Made by a program: the position numbers and the translations under genes
Notes under the pieces: model-generated
Database searches by the model: none
The model's input: only the letters and a program-made list of their open reading frames with translations
Told to the model about the DNA's origin: nothing
Source of the DNA: a virus
Taxonomy: Duplodnaviria; Caudoviricetes
Strand: one strand, 5' to 3'
Virus record (IMG/VR): IMGVR_UViG_3300045135_001779
Location: 1 to 26,847 of that record
Length of the DNA: 26,847 nt
Shown here: positions 1-9,825 of the stretch, piece after piece
Layout: every line of letters starts with the position of its first letter
How positions within the stretch are numbered: position 1 is the first letter of the stretch

Positions 1-2
1 TG

Positions 3-3000
3 ATGGGTAACAACGAGAACACAGTCTTTGGTTCTACGAGCGCGCCGGTTAATTCTTCGGGTGTTGTTCAAACAAGAAAACCGCTTTTGACTGACCAACA
101 AATCGCAACAGTTGTAGCGTTGCAATGGAGTACCGACAGGTTTGATTTGATATTATCAGAAGCGACAATGGCAGATGTGCGCGGTTGTGAAATATATCTC
201 AATGAGTTGATGTTGGATTTCGACCCATCGACGCGCGAACAATTCACCAATATACCGATTCTCGGACTCAACAATCCTTACGGTATTAACGCTTCGACAT
301 CGGGTGCTTTTACGCGTCGTTCTTTACCGTATCATCCAAACATGTTTACTCGCGCAACTCCGTCAAGAACAATAACGATACCGTGGTGGGCTGTAGCATA
401 CGACCAATCCACCGTGTTTAGCGGTAATCCGTGGCTACACACCGAACATTATCATCCCGACGATTATTACCACTTCTCGCGCTCTACGCTTGGTGGTGTT
501 GGTTGCCAATTGACGCTAACAGGATACCCTTCGCATTACCTCGACGTGTACACAGAATACCTCGTATCACTCACACCAACATGCACTATCCAAAACCTCG
601 ACACCACAAGTGGATACAAAATCTTCGTAGATAACAACATGCTATTCCCGCTTGTAGGAACGGATTACAAAAAACACAAGTTATCCATTGTCGGTACGGA
701 TGGTGTCACGCACTACTTTGATTACACAGATAGAGGATACATCAGCAATCCAACAGCAGGTAGCAACACTACCGTATTCAATCTAACCGGTACACCGAGC
801 GCCTACTCATGGAGTAAACTCGCGGTAGGTCAAACGGTGCGATTGACAGGACCGTATTCAACATTGTTGGCGGGAGAAGTGTTTACCAAATCGCGCGAAA
901 GTGTTGCGACACGCAACCTCCCACAACTGTTGTCCGGTACAAGAGATACCAATTCATCAAACCCTGCGGACGCATATTTGTGTCTATGGCATTACAATCT
1001 TGGTCGCCCGATGACATGGTTCTCCGATTCAAGAGGGGCTATGGGAGATGCGGCGGCGGATAAAGCACCGTACAATCACTTACCGGAACACTTTGAAACA
1101 GTTCACTACCATGAGTTTGTTTACGCTATGAGTGACGGGCCATTTAAATTCCGTATGCGCGGTAAAACAACTCCGGGTAGCGCAATAACAAATGATTGGA
1201 CTGACTCAAATTATCCTCATCAAGCAGGTACAGATGGTAAATCGCGCAAGTATCATTTCGGAGCATTTTGGCCGGGTGGTCATCGTTTTGGTGCGCAAAT
1301 GAGTTCATTAACATTGTATGGCACAGCCTCAATTGGATGGGGTGCGAAAGACGGTACAATACAAATCGACAACGGTTCGGGTGGACTTCTTAAGTTGGGT
1401 CTACAAGTGACCGATACAGACCCAACAACACTCACGGATTCAATCAGTAGCGTTAATACAAAACGAAGAGTTGGATTCGGATACCGTGTATCGGTACGAC
1501 AACCATACAACCGACCTCGATGGGCTATCAAAGGTGGTCAAGCATTGCGCGACCCATACGCTTCTTATCACTTCGACATTGACGGACCATTTGTTTCTAT
1601 AGACGGCGGTAGTGGATACTCGTTTGCTGAAAAAACAGTCGCTTCTGTACGAAACGATACGACTGCTAATCCATCTTACACAGGCATCCTTGAGCGACAC
1701 ACTACAGCATCGGCGCTTATTGGTACTGATTTGAAAGGGCAACAAGTTCGATACAGTCATGGACGACGTATGACGAAAGGTTTTGGTTGCGCTGTTCGTA
1801 ACATCGTCAATCCAACAACAGCGTTCAGATTGTTCCATGCTGATACACCTGCGGGTCTTGAAGGTACAGACATTGTAGACCAACGCGTGAGTCTTGCGCT
1901 TGCTCAAGCACATTACATGGTTGATTGGTGGGGCAATACAACCGGAGAAGAAGTTCGCCGATTCCCTGTTCGCGGGTTTGGTGTGCGTCCATCGTGGGAC
2001 CCCGAAGATGCGTACCGCGCAACAGATAGAACAAAGTCCGCCGAGTCGATGGTTGCACAACGAAGCACCGTAGGACAAGCCTTAGCGGTTCTCGACTTCT
2101 ACGACCCCGCGACTGCAAAGCGTGTAGGAGATAGGGGAGATGGGCGCGGAGTTCGTTGGCCTACCGTATTCAATGAAGACAAATTGCAAGATGTAAGCAC
2201 CAACTTACAACTGTCGGGTATCGTCTTGTCACATCACACATCCGAACCTCCGTTCACAAACGGGTTCATACGCCCACTCAACACAGACTTACAGAATTAC
2301 GAAGTGCCGTATGGTATCAGCAACCGCTTAGACATTAGCGCTGATGATGGATTGTTGAAACCTGCCGCGATGATTGGTGAAAATATAGCATCGGTTGAAA
2401 CGGACATCCTACCTGCTAACCAATCGCTCCAAGAGCCATTGTCAAGAGAAGCACCGAAGATTGGTATAGACGCTGAAATCATCGGTGATAATCAACGAAA
2501 CTACGCGATTATGGCTACCGAAGCAACAAGTCTGCATACTGACCGAGCAGTAGGACAACGATTTGTTTTGGAGGGAGGTGTAAGTGTTTCCAACAAATCG
2601 CTCGGAGATTACGATTTGACGACGTTGGATTTGCAAAACACGAAACAGGTTATGCGATTCGGACACACGCATGGTGTACCTGTTATGGGTGGCTCATTCA
2701 TTCTTGAAGTATCATCCTACATTCAACCTATCAGCGATTTAGGATGGGGTCGAAGCGCAGGTAGCGACCCAAGCACAAACCCGTATCAAACACAAGATAA
2801 CGACCCGCGCGTCACCCAATCAAATTCAACAGACAAGAGTATCAAATTCCTCGTTCGGCCTGTTCGCGTTCTTGACCATAAGCACGTTGAGATGTTCCGC
2901 ATTGCGAAGGACAAGTACCTTTCATCTACAGCCGCAGGTCGTTACGGTTTGTTCGTCTACGACACACCAAACGGTAGAGCAACGCAAGCAAGGTCTACTT

Positions 3001-3359
3001 ACGTCAAAAACAACAACCCAAGTCCAACAGGCGCACCATACCCACCCGCTTACCTCTTCGACAGCAGTAGTGATTACATCCCTATCAGTCGAGGACCGAA
3101 GATTCCGGGTAGCAAATCTTCCGCGTTTGTGTCACAGTTGGAACAACCTGTTGCGCGCATGATTGTATCAGCGAACACATTGCAACACTATCGAGGTGAC
3201 GCGAGTAGAAAACAGTCGGTCAAGAATTCTGATGAGGAATTTATTCGCTTTGATTTTAACACACAACCGAGATTCACACAATCGCTGTATGCAGGTGAAA
3301 AACAAAATAAGACGACGCACACAGGTGAAAGCAACAGAAGCGACAACAATTTGGATTGA
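3..3359 (+). CDS. Large putative virion structural (tail-associated) protein, possibly 5'-truncated
   Basis: 1118-aa ORF rich in T/S/G/D and aromatic residues, directly upstream of and coupled to tail-like genes. No enzyme motif recognised. The window starts TGATG, so 3 may be a true coupled start or an internal Met. Confidence 0.55.
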   Translation: MGNNENTVFGSTSAPVNSSGVVQTRKPLLTDQQIATVVALQWSTDRFDLILSEATMADVRGCEIYLNELMLDFDPSTREQFTNIPILGLNNPYGINASTSGAFTRRSLPYHPNMFTRATPSRTITIPWWAVAYDQSTVFSGNPWLHTEHYHPDDYYHFSRSTLGGVGCQLTLTGYPSHYLDVYTEYLVSLTPTCTIQNLDTTSGYKIFVDNNMLFPLVGTDYKKHKLSIVGTDGVTHYFDYTDRGYISNPTAGSNTTVFNLTGTPSAYSWSKLAVGQTVRLTGPYSTLLAGEVFTKSRESVATRNLPQLLSGTRDTNSSNPADAYLCLWHYNLGRPMTWFSDSRGAMGDAAADKAPYNHLPEHFETVHYHEFVYAMSDGPFKFRMRGKTTPGSAITNDWTDSNYPHQAGTDGKSRKYHFGAFWPGGHRFGAQMSSLTLYGTASIGWGAKDGTIQIDNGSGGLLKLGLQVTDTDPTTLTDSISSVNTKRRVGFGYRVSVRQPYNRPRWAIKGGQALRDPYASYHFDIDGPFVSIDGGSGYSFAEKTVASVRNDTTANPSYTGILERHTTASALIGTDLKGQQVRYSHGRRMTKGFGCAVRNIVNPTTAFRLFHADTPAGLEGTDIVDQRVSLALAQAHYMVDWWGNTTGEEVRRFPVRGFGVRPSWDPEDAYRATDRTKSAESMVAQRSTVGQALAVLDFYDPATAKRVGDRGDGRGVRWPTVFNEDKLQDVSTNLQLSGIVLSHHTSEPPFTNGFIRPLNTDLQNYEVPYGISNRLDISADDGLLKPAAMIGENIASVETDILPANQSLQEPLSREAPKIGIDAEIIGDNQRNYAIMATEATSLHTDRAVGQRFVLEGGVSVSNKSLGDYDLTTLDLQNTKQVMRFGHTHGVPVMGGSFILEVSSYIQPISDLGWGRSAGSDPSTNPYQTQDNDPRVTQSNSTDKSIKFLVRPVRVLDHKHVEMFRIAKDKYLSSTAAGRYGLFVYDTPNGRATQARSTYVKNNNPSPTGAPYPPAYLFDSSSDYIPISRGPKIPGSKSSAFVSQLEQPVARMIVSANTLQHYRGDASRKQSVKNSDEEFIRFDFNTQPRFTQSLYAGEKQNKTTHTGESNRSDNNLD

Positions 3360-3364
3360 TACAC

Positions 3365-5140
3365 ATGTCTTATTCTATACCGTCACCAACGAACGCAACA
3401 TATGCTTCTCGTAGTGGTCGTAGCGATGCCGCGCATGATGTAATCGGTACTCAAGTAGAAGAGCCTAAATTCGTAGACAATGCGGTACACCATGTCATCT
3501 TAGAGGCAAGTAGTGTAGGCGACGCTTCATTGAGAAAAAACAAATTGAAGAAGCCTGTTTCGTCTGATTTAGTTGTCACTCATCAGCGCAAATACAGATT
3601 TGAAGAAGAGGTATCTTCATTGCGTTTATCACACACCGAAAAAACATCAACCCCCTTTTTCAACGGCGCGCTGTTGAATAGTAATGCTACATTACCACCG
3701 TTGCTTATCGACGCTGATGACGACACGTTATTGCTGAAACCGGAGTCTATCATCGACACGAACGACGGCTCAAGAGTCACGTTGCTCAACATGAAGGGTA
3801 AGACCTTGAACGAATTTGGATTCAAAGACACCACTCATTTCAGATTGACGCATAAAATAAGCATAGGATTGCGAACAACAGACCTTGTTCAAAAGTTGTT
3901 CAATGATTCGTTGCATGGGTTGAACAGCATATCGTTGGGTCTTCCTGTCACACCATCGAAATTGAAGAACGGTAAACTCAATCCGCGACACAGTACAACG
4001 TTTCTCGCTAAGGATTTCTACGCCACATCTATACCTGCGGCCATACGTTCTGTAGCCCGACATGACCACTATTCATTGTATCACGACAGGTTTGGTAATT
4101 TCATTTACACGCCTAAAACATTCAAGGTTGTAGATAGAGAGATTGGACAGAAGCGAGGTGCAGGTGGTGTCAAAAGCGACCCAATCACGGAAGCCGCAAA
4201 CCGAATCATGTTGGAAGGTAAGGCACAAGCGGCGAACGATGTTATTCAAATCGTAGTTGATGATGCTGAAATGCAAAAGCGAGAAGGCGTCATTCGACAG
4301 ATGAGAGTCAAAGACCCAACAGCAACCAACATCATGAGTGCGCGCAAATCAGCAAATCAAATGTTGCGTCTTAACAGAAAAGCACAAGGGGCTATTTTCA
4401 CGGAGCAACACGCGCGCTCTTGGGATATATCGCCGGGTGAAGTTGTGACGTTCAAACACGAAAGTACCGGTCAAAATGTGCAAAAGGCGGTCATCGAAAC
4501 TGAGCATGAAAGTACAGGAGAATCAGCATTCCAACTCGCTTCATACGAGAGTGGTCTTGAAGGCGTACTGAACGCATTTGCTGATGATGGCGACTCAATG
4601 GGTGGCGACATCGCCAACGTCGATAGGAAAAATCAAATCGTTACGTTTGAAAAATCCGGCGTTGGTCGAACTCAACTCAAGGTTCGCGGTACGGTGACAA
4701 CAAGAAGCATCAGTCTTAACGTTGCGCGCCTATCCACAGATACAACGATTACACACAACAACACTTCGCCGGATGTACACGCGGGTGTATTATTGGGTCA
4801 TCGCGGTGTTGGTGGTGAAAACCCTGCGCGCGCTTCTATTGGCAATGGGTACACAAAACGCAGTAGTGGCACGTTCGCGGGTACAACAATTACGGTTGCT
4901 GATACAACAGGCTTCCCGTCGTCGGGTCAATTGGTTTGTGTACAGATAACAAGTGCGCCGCTATACAACGTTGCAACCGTTTCATACACAGGAAAAACGG
5001 CTACCACTTTTACAGGTGTTTCAATCGTCGCGCCTTCGGGTGGAACGATACCTGCAACCATAACTGAACTGAAACTCTTAAGACCTCGCGCGCATGAAGT
5101 AAGAACGTCGAAGACGATGATGAAAAGGAGGCGACTGTGA
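3365..5140 (+). CDS. Putative tail hub/baseplate-type protein
   Basis: ATG at 3365 (track start is TTG 3356). Segments 'AIRSVARHDHYSLYHDRFGNFIYTP', 'ANRIMLEG...DDAEMQKREG...VKDPTAT...ARKSANQML...ISPGEVVTF' resemble phage hub/GpD-like proteins. C-terminal 'TITVADTTGFPSSG...VSYTGKTATTFTGV' resembles a beta-module of marine phage tail proteins. Confidence 0.55.
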   Translation: MSYSIPSPTNATYASRSGRSDAAHDVIGTQVEEPKFVDNAVHHVILEASSVGDASLRKNKLKKPVSSDLVVTHQRKYRFEEEVSSLRLSHTEKTSTPFFNGALLNSNATLPPLLIDADDDTLLLKPESIIDTNDGSRVTLLNMKGKTLNEFGFKDTTHFRLTHKISIGLRTTDLVQKLFNDSLHGLNSISLGLPVTPSKLKNGKLNPRHSTTFLAKDFYATSIPAAIRSVARHDHYSLYHDRFGNFIYTPKTFKVVDREIGQKRGAGGVKSDPITEAANRIMLEGKAQAANDVIQIVVDDAEMQKREGVIRQMRVKDPTATNIMSARKSANQMLRLNRKAQGAIFTEQHARSWDISPGEVVTFKHESTGQNVQKAVIETEHESTGESAFQLASYESGLEGVLNAFADDGDSMGGDIANVDRKNQIVTFEKSGVGRTQLKVRGTVTTRSISLNVARLSTDTTITHNNTSPDVHAGVLLGHRGVGGENPARASIGNGYTKRSSGTFAGTTITVADTTGFPSSGQLVCVQITSAPLYNVATVSYTGKTATTFTGVSIVAPSGGTIPATITELKLLRPRAHEVRTSKTMMKRRRL

Positions 5141-5487
5141 TGCCAATGTTGAATGCGATTAAACGAAGAATGATTGAACACCTCGCGGGTCTTGTCAATG
5201 AGTTACACATTGGAAGCGATGGTACTGTTGCGACATCCGAAGACGGTGGTGTTAGAACTCTCGCTCGCGCTACTCCAACAGTCACGATTATTGACGATAA
5301 CAGCATATTGGTTGAAGGAAGTTTCAACACCTCTTTCGACTTCGCTACGCCTGTGAAAGAAGTGTATTTGCAATACAAAGACCCGACAACCGATGAGTTT
5401 GTTCCGGTCTATAGAACAGACATACAACCGTTCAACAAGAATACACAAAACGAAGTACGATTCTCTTTTGTAATGGAGTTGGATTAG
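5137..5487 (+). CDS. Small tail/tail-collar-like structural protein
   Basis: 116 aa, GTGA/TGATG-coupled to the upstream gene. Pattern 'LHIGSDGTVATSED...VKEVYL...PFNKNTQNEVRFSFVMEL' resembles tail-collar/fibre-attachment domains. Lies between hub-like and fibre genes. Confidence 0.5.
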   Translation: MMPMLNAIKRRMIEHLAGLVNELHIGSDGTVATSEDGGVRTLARATPTVTIIDDNSILVEGSFNTSFDFATPVKEVYLQYKDPTTDEFVPVYRTDIQPFNKNTQNEVRFSFVMELD

Positions 5488-5488
5488 A

Positions 5489-7609
5489 ATGACAGACAGT
5501 TTATCGGGACACACAGCCGCGCAGAATACAGCAGGGGCAGACGGATTAAGAGATGGAGATGCTTTATCGTCCGCGTCATTGTCAAATATGCTACAAGGAA
5601 TCAATGGGAATGGGATTGTACGTCTACAGGATGGAGCATTTGCTTCAACGAGGAACGCGGTTGATTCACAGCCGGGTTCAGTCCTTAGAGGTACAGGTTC
5701 AAACTCATACAAATTGACTATCACCGGTGGCTATGTGCGCCTTGATGGTGTGCTATACGAATTCGCAGGTGGACCGGGCGGTACTGCCAATCTTGAATTA
5801 GGCAATACAGGGCATGGTTCGGGTGGCGTTGCGTTGGCCGCGAGTGGTGAAGAGATACTATACGTCATCTACGTTGCTTGTGATAGAGGTCTGAACAAAG
5901 TGCATTACGAGGGCGGTAGTCCTGTCAATGTGTCGAATGGCCTATTCCCATCCATCCCATCGCAATTCCTTACCGATTACGATACAGCAAACAGTCAAAC
6001 CAATATGAAAACGCATGTCCTCGCCGTTGTGAGAGCAAAGTACAAAGCATCGGGTGGAGGTAATCACAATCTTGAGATTGTTGAAGTGAACGATAAGCGC
6101 GTATTCTTACCTGTACCTGTACACTACATGCCTATTATGTCAAAAGGTGATATTGGTTCTAACAAAATCACGACAAGTGACGGAACGAATGCGGTCAATA
6201 CCTTCACGGATTTGAATTCTCTACACACCGAACAAGGCAATGTGACAATCAACGATAGCATTGTTGCGCTGTGGCCGAGTTATCCATCACACGCCGCCTT
6301 TAGCGCTACTGCTCCCGCTTCGGGAGCCGCAGGTTTTGGACACGCGCCTTCACACGGTAGAGATATTGCATCCAACCATGTGAAGAACGCGTTGTATTTC
6401 TCCGGTCTTAACAATGAAGGTACAGGGCATTATTCTGTGCGCCTTGATGGGCGAGGTGTAGAGGCGAGTCAAACTGAAATTACGGGCAACCCTACATTCA
6501 CAATCACCGCCGATGGTGATTCGTTCATCATGTCAAAGGTTGCTACGGGTACAACATTGACGCTCAATCCTCAAAAGGACGCTTCGGGTAATTACATGTT
6601 CCCCGAAGGACATATCATCGAGGTATGTAACGAAGGCGCGGCAGGTAAAGGTGACATCATTTTCGATGCGACAGAACTTAACACAACCCTATCACCAACT
6701 GAGCGCGCAACGTTTGTCTATGAAGGTAGCAAATGGATGACTTGCAATTACCCCGCCGCGAGTAGCGTAAGAACAGTAACGGCGGGTGGTAATACGCTTG
6801 ACCCAAGTGAAACGTTAGCATTCACCGCAGGTTCAAACGTCACGATTACAGAAGCCGGAGGTGCAGTTACGATTGCCGCAACTGATACTGATACCAACAC
6901 ATTCAGAACCGTAACTGCCGGCGGTAATACACTCGGCGCTACAGAAACATTAGCGTTTACCGCAGGGTCAAATGTGACAATAACAGAAGCAGGTGGTGCA
7001 GTCACCATCGCTTCAACCGATACCGATACAAACACATTCCGTACCGTAACTGCGGGTGGTAATACGCTCGGCGCAAGTGAAACGTTGGCTTTCACGGCGG
7101 GAACAGGTATCAGCATTAGCGAAAGCGCGGGTGCTGTAACGATTACAAATACAGTCACCGACACCAACACGTTCCGAACTGTGACAGCAGGTGGTAACAC
7201 ACTTGGAGCGAGTGAAACATTAGCGTTTACGGCAGGTTCTAACATTACAATTACGGAGGCCGGTGGTGCGGTCACCATTGCCGCATCGGGTGGTGGTGGT
7301 AGCGGTGATGTAGTCGGTCCATCTTCCGCTACCGCGAATAACTTCGTTGCCTTCGATGGAACGACAGGTAAATTGGTTAAGGATAGCGCTAAGAATGCCG
7401 CCGATTTTGCTACTGCGGCTCAAGGTGCTTTGGCGGCTTCGGCACTTCAACCAACACAAGCAGAAGGTGATGCTTTTACTCCGATAGGTGGTGGTGGTGG
7501 TCCGGGTGCAGGTGCTTGGGACCCCGCCGTCGGTATTCCCGCTACAATTCAAGAGGCTATTGACAGAATAGCAATTCAACTTGCTACATTGGGTGGACCG
7601 ATTCCGTGA
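5489..7609 (+). CDS. Tail fibre / receptor-binding-type protein with four 45-aa repeats
   Basis: 706 aa, G/T/A-rich. Four tandem 45-aa repeats, poly-Gly hinges, a 'GGGGSGDVVGPSSATANNFVAFDGTTGKLVKDS' fibre-type motif and a C-terminal 'ATIQEAIDRIA' helix. Confidence 0.75.
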   Translation: MTDSLSGHTAAQNTAGADGLRDGDALSSASLSNMLQGINGNGIVRLQDGAFASTRNAVDSQPGSVLRGTGSNSYKLTITGGYVRLDGVLYEFAGGPGGTANLELGNTGHGSGGVALAASGEEILYVIYVACDRGLNKVHYEGGSPVNVSNGLFPSIPSQFLTDYDTANSQTNMKTHVLAVVRAKYKASGGGNHNLEIVEVNDKRVFLPVPVHYMPIMSKGDIGSNKITTSDGTNAVNTFTDLNSLHTEQGNVTINDSIVALWPSYPSHAAFSATAPASGAAGFGHAPSHGRDIASNHVKNALYFSGLNNEGTGHYSVRLDGRGVEASQTEITGNPTFTITADGDSFIMSKVATGTTLTLNPQKDASGNYMFPEGHIIEVCNEGAAGKGDIIFDATELNTTLSPTERATFVYEGSKWMTCNYPAASSVRTVTAGGNTLDPSETLAFTAGSNVTITEAGGAVTIAATDTDTNTFRTVTAGGNTLGATETLAFTAGSNVTITEAGGAVTIASTDTDTNTFRTVTAGGNTLGASETLAFTAGTGISISESAGAVTITNTVTDTNTFRTVTAGGNTLGASETLAFTAGSNITITEAGGAVTIAASGGGGSGDVVGPSSATANNFVAFDGTTGKLVKDSAKNAADFATAAQGALAASALQPTQAEGDAFTPIGGGGGPGAGAWDPAVGIPATIQEAIDRIAIQLATLGGPIP
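6770..7288 (+). repeat. Intragenic tandem repeat, 4 units with 135-bp period
   Basis: Units start at 6770, 6905, 7040 and 7175. Each encodes approximately RTVTAGGNTLGASETLAFTAGSNVTITEAGGAVTIA(x)TDTDTNTF; the last unit is truncated before the Gly hinge. Confidence 0.95.
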
Positions 7610-7615
7610 GGTGAT

Positions 7616-7771
7616 ATGATGATATGGTTATGGATTTTGTTGGCGTTTTGCGCGGGTTTTATTTTGACATGGATGGCGACGATTGATTCACAAGATTCGT
7701 TTATCATCTTTGAATCAGAAGAAGAATTGCAACAAGCGTGTTGGGAAGGACTACGAAAGGGTGTGAAGTGA
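7616..7771 (+). CDS. 51-aa membrane microprotein (not in ORF track)
   Basis: Hand translation MMIWLWILLAFCAGFILTWMATIDSQDSFIIFESEEELQQACWEGLRKGVK. GAGGTGA at 7608-7614 precedes tandem ATGs at 7616/7619. Stop overlaps the next ATG (TGATG). One N-terminal hydrophobic helix. Confidence 0.75.
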   Translation: MMIWLWILLAFCAGFILTWMATIDSQDSFIIFESEEELQQACWEGLRKGVK

Positions 7772-7977
7772 TGGGTAAACTGAAAGAGCGCTTAAGTCAG
7801 ACTTGCGCGGGGTGCAAAGATAAAGTTCTTGCGCGCCGCATAGAGGGTCGCTATGTTAATGAACGAGAAACGCGCGTACTGATTTGGGAGTGTCCTACAT
7901 GTCATCATCTTTGGCGCGAATCAAACCTCGCTACGCCAAAATTCAAACAACATAAAGTGAGTGATTTGAATGTCTAA
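7771..7977 (+). CDS. Small zinc-ribbon protein
   Basis: ATG 7771 coupled to the upstream stop. 68 aa with CAGC...WECPTC pairs. Confidence 0.75.
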   Translation: MGKLKERLSQTCAGCKDKVLARRIEGRYVNERETRVLIWECPTCHHLWRESNLATPKFKQHKVSDLNV

Positions 7978-9106
7978 AAACAAAGAAAATGTCATGAAGC
8001 CGAATAAGGAACAAAAGGGTAAAAACGCTGTTCTGATTATCGCCGTTGGTAAGCATCCGAAGATGGGTCCGGGTGAGCGCAAATACAAGAAAGGTGTCAA
8101 AAAGGCATTCAATGTTCTCAAGCGAGATGACCCGCGAAAGATTGCACGAAAGCGCGCTGAACGTAAAGCGAGATACGAAGCACGTTTGAAACGCCGTCAA
8201 GCAAAAGAAAGTGGAGAAGAGGTTAAGAAACCTGCTCCGAAGCGTGTTGAAAACGCACCGCCAAGTGAACCACGAACGGGTGGTAGTGTCGCAGTTAGGC
8301 GAACACCGTCGAAGAAATTTGATTCAAAGGAACTACCGAAGATTGTCGAGCGATTTTCATTGGGTGACCCCGACAACCCATCCGTACTATCCGAAAGAAA
8401 TAAGCGCGAATTGGCACGTCTGCTAAGGATAAACCCCAACCAAGTTGAGGTCGGTAACCCTGCTCTTGAGAATTCAAACGCGTTCAAGATTCTTGAAAAC
8501 ATGGGTCAAATGCGTTTCAAAGAGCGACAATTAGCACGTCAAGAACGTGATGCGGGGAAGGGTAGAGTTGAAGACAGGATGAGTACATCCAATATGGACG
8601 CGGCGCTTGAAGAAATGGCGAATAGATTTGGTCCGCGAGATGAAGAAAGTAGACCCGAAGCCGGCGGTGAAGAAGAGCGCGAGGCGAAATTCATGGAACG
8701 ATTGCGAATGGCTCGTTCAACAAGCCACATAGAAGACCGCGCAGATAAAAGGCGTCGTACTATTGACGATGAGATTGAACCCAAAACCGGCGGATTCAGT
8801 AGAACACCATCAACTGTATTCACACAACCGTTCGGTCACAGGGGTAAAACAATGGGTGGTTTCGCGGGTGGTGATTTAGACAAGCCACTCGGACGAGTCG
8901 CGCCGCGTGTGCCTCCTAAACTCTCATCCCCGCAAGAAGAGGAACAAGAACCGGACTTACCGGAGTATCCTCAATTTGCAACAGGCGCACCTATGGATTT
9001 AGCATTCCGGATGCTGAAGAACGAGGATACAGACAAGACCTTTTTGCGCCCATGTAGTTATTGTGGTGTCCTAACGAGGCCGGGTCAAAAGTGTAGGTGT
9101 GATTGA
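7970..9106 (+). CDS. Charged low-complexity protein, putative capsid-internal protein, with C-terminal Zn knuckle
   Basis: 378 aa, K/R/E-rich. Contains KKAFNVLK and TGAPMDLAFRMLKNED motifs; ends CSYC...CRC. Confidence 0.65.
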   Translation: MSKNKENVMKPNKEQKGKNAVLIIAVGKHPKMGPGERKYKKGVKKAFNVLKRDDPRKIARKRAERKARYEARLKRRQAKESGEEVKKPAPKRVENAPPSEPRTGGSVAVRRTPSKKFDSKELPKIVERFSLGDPDNPSVLSERNKRELARLLRINPNQVEVGNPALENSNAFKILENMGQMRFKERQLARQERDAGKGRVEDRMSTSNMDAALEEMANRFGPRDEESRPEAGGEEEREAKFMERLRMARSTSHIEDRADKRRRTIDDEIEPKTGGFSRTPSTVFTQPFGHRGKTMGGFAGGDLDKPLGRVAPRVPPKLSSPQEEEQEPDLPEYPQFATGAPMDLAFRMLKNEDTDKTFLRPCSYCGVLTRPGQKCRCD

Positions 9107-9519
9107 TGAGCGAATACGAATACATCATGCACGAACCCATCACGGCGGAAGAACTCGCCATGATGAGTGATGAAGAAATTGCGAAGGAAGTCACCTTTTG
9201 TGATTGCTGTTCACCGTTCCAAAAGGCAACTGCTGTGCTGAAAGCAAAAAAGCGAAGTAAACCATTTCACGGCTACAATAAAAACAAACACGCGCGAACC
9301 GGAGGCTTGAGTGCTAAAGGGCGTCGTGCGGCGAAAAGAAAAACAGGTGCAAATCTCAAACGTCCTGTCACAAAAAAGCCAAGCAAACTCAAAGCGGGTG
9401 GTAAAGCGGCAGGTCGTCGCAAATCATTTTGCGCACGAATGAGTGGTGTCAAAGGACCGACATCAAAGAAAGGTAAATTGACGCCGAAGGGTGCGGCATT
9501 GAAGAGGTGGAACTGTTGA
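9106..9519 (+). CDS. Basic protein with acidic N-terminal leader (DUF6321-like, from recollection)
   Basis: TGATG-coupled start. Acidic leader, CDCC, FQKATAVLK, then a very basic module 'GGLSAKGR...NLKRPV...RRKSFCARMSG...ALKRWNC' of a type I recall from marine phages. Confidence 0.7.
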   Translation: MSEYEYIMHEPITAEELAMMSDEEIAKEVTFCDCCSPFQKATAVLKAKKRSKPFHGYNKNKHARTGGLSAKGRRAAKRKTGANLKRPVTKKPSKLKAGGKAAGRRKSFCARMSGVKGPTSKKGKLTPKGAALKRWNC

Positions 9520-9824
9520 ACGAAGATTGGTGGCTTCTTCTCAAGAAAGACGCGCGACTTGAACGTGCGGGTGTCGAAGGTTATAACAAGCCGAAGAAGA
9601 CCCCCAATCATCCTAAGAAATCACACATTGTCGTCGCTCGCTCCGGTGGTAAAGTGAAAACCATACGCTTTGGTGAGCAAGGTGCGAGTGTCGCAGGTAA
9701 ACCGAAGGCAGGTGAATCGGCGCGAATGAAAGCCAAGCGTAAGTCATTCAAATCTCGACATCGAAAAAACATCGCGCGAGGACCAATGAGTGCGGCGTAT
9801 TGGGCTGATAAAGTGAAGTGGTAA
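9516..9824 (+). CDS. Small highly basic viral protein
   Basis: Probable TTG start at 9516 overlapping the upstream TGA, with GAGGTG at 9504-9509 (track start GTG 9507). 'EDWWLLLKK' then 'GYNKPKKTPNHPKKSH...KTIRFGEQG...KSFKSRH...SAAYWADKVKW', a marine virus-type module. Confidence 0.7.
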   Translation: MNEDWWLLLKKDARLERAGVEGYNKPKKTPNHPKKSHIVVARSGGKVKTIRFGEQGASVAGKPKAGESARMKAKRKSFKSRHRKNIARGPMSAAYWADKVKW

Positions 9825-9825
9825 A

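Noticed and set aside
1440-2078. 212-aa minus-strand ORF and other short ORFs inside 3-5140
   Set aside because: Fully nested antisense to long plus-strand genes, with no recognisable motifs.
6748-7278. 176-aa repetitive minus-strand ORF
   Set aside because: Antisense shadow of the fibre repeat; no SD or independent motif.
8473-8500. NSNAFKILEN as another copy of the tag
   Set aside because: Lacks the terminal Lys and no compositional switch follows; may be chance.
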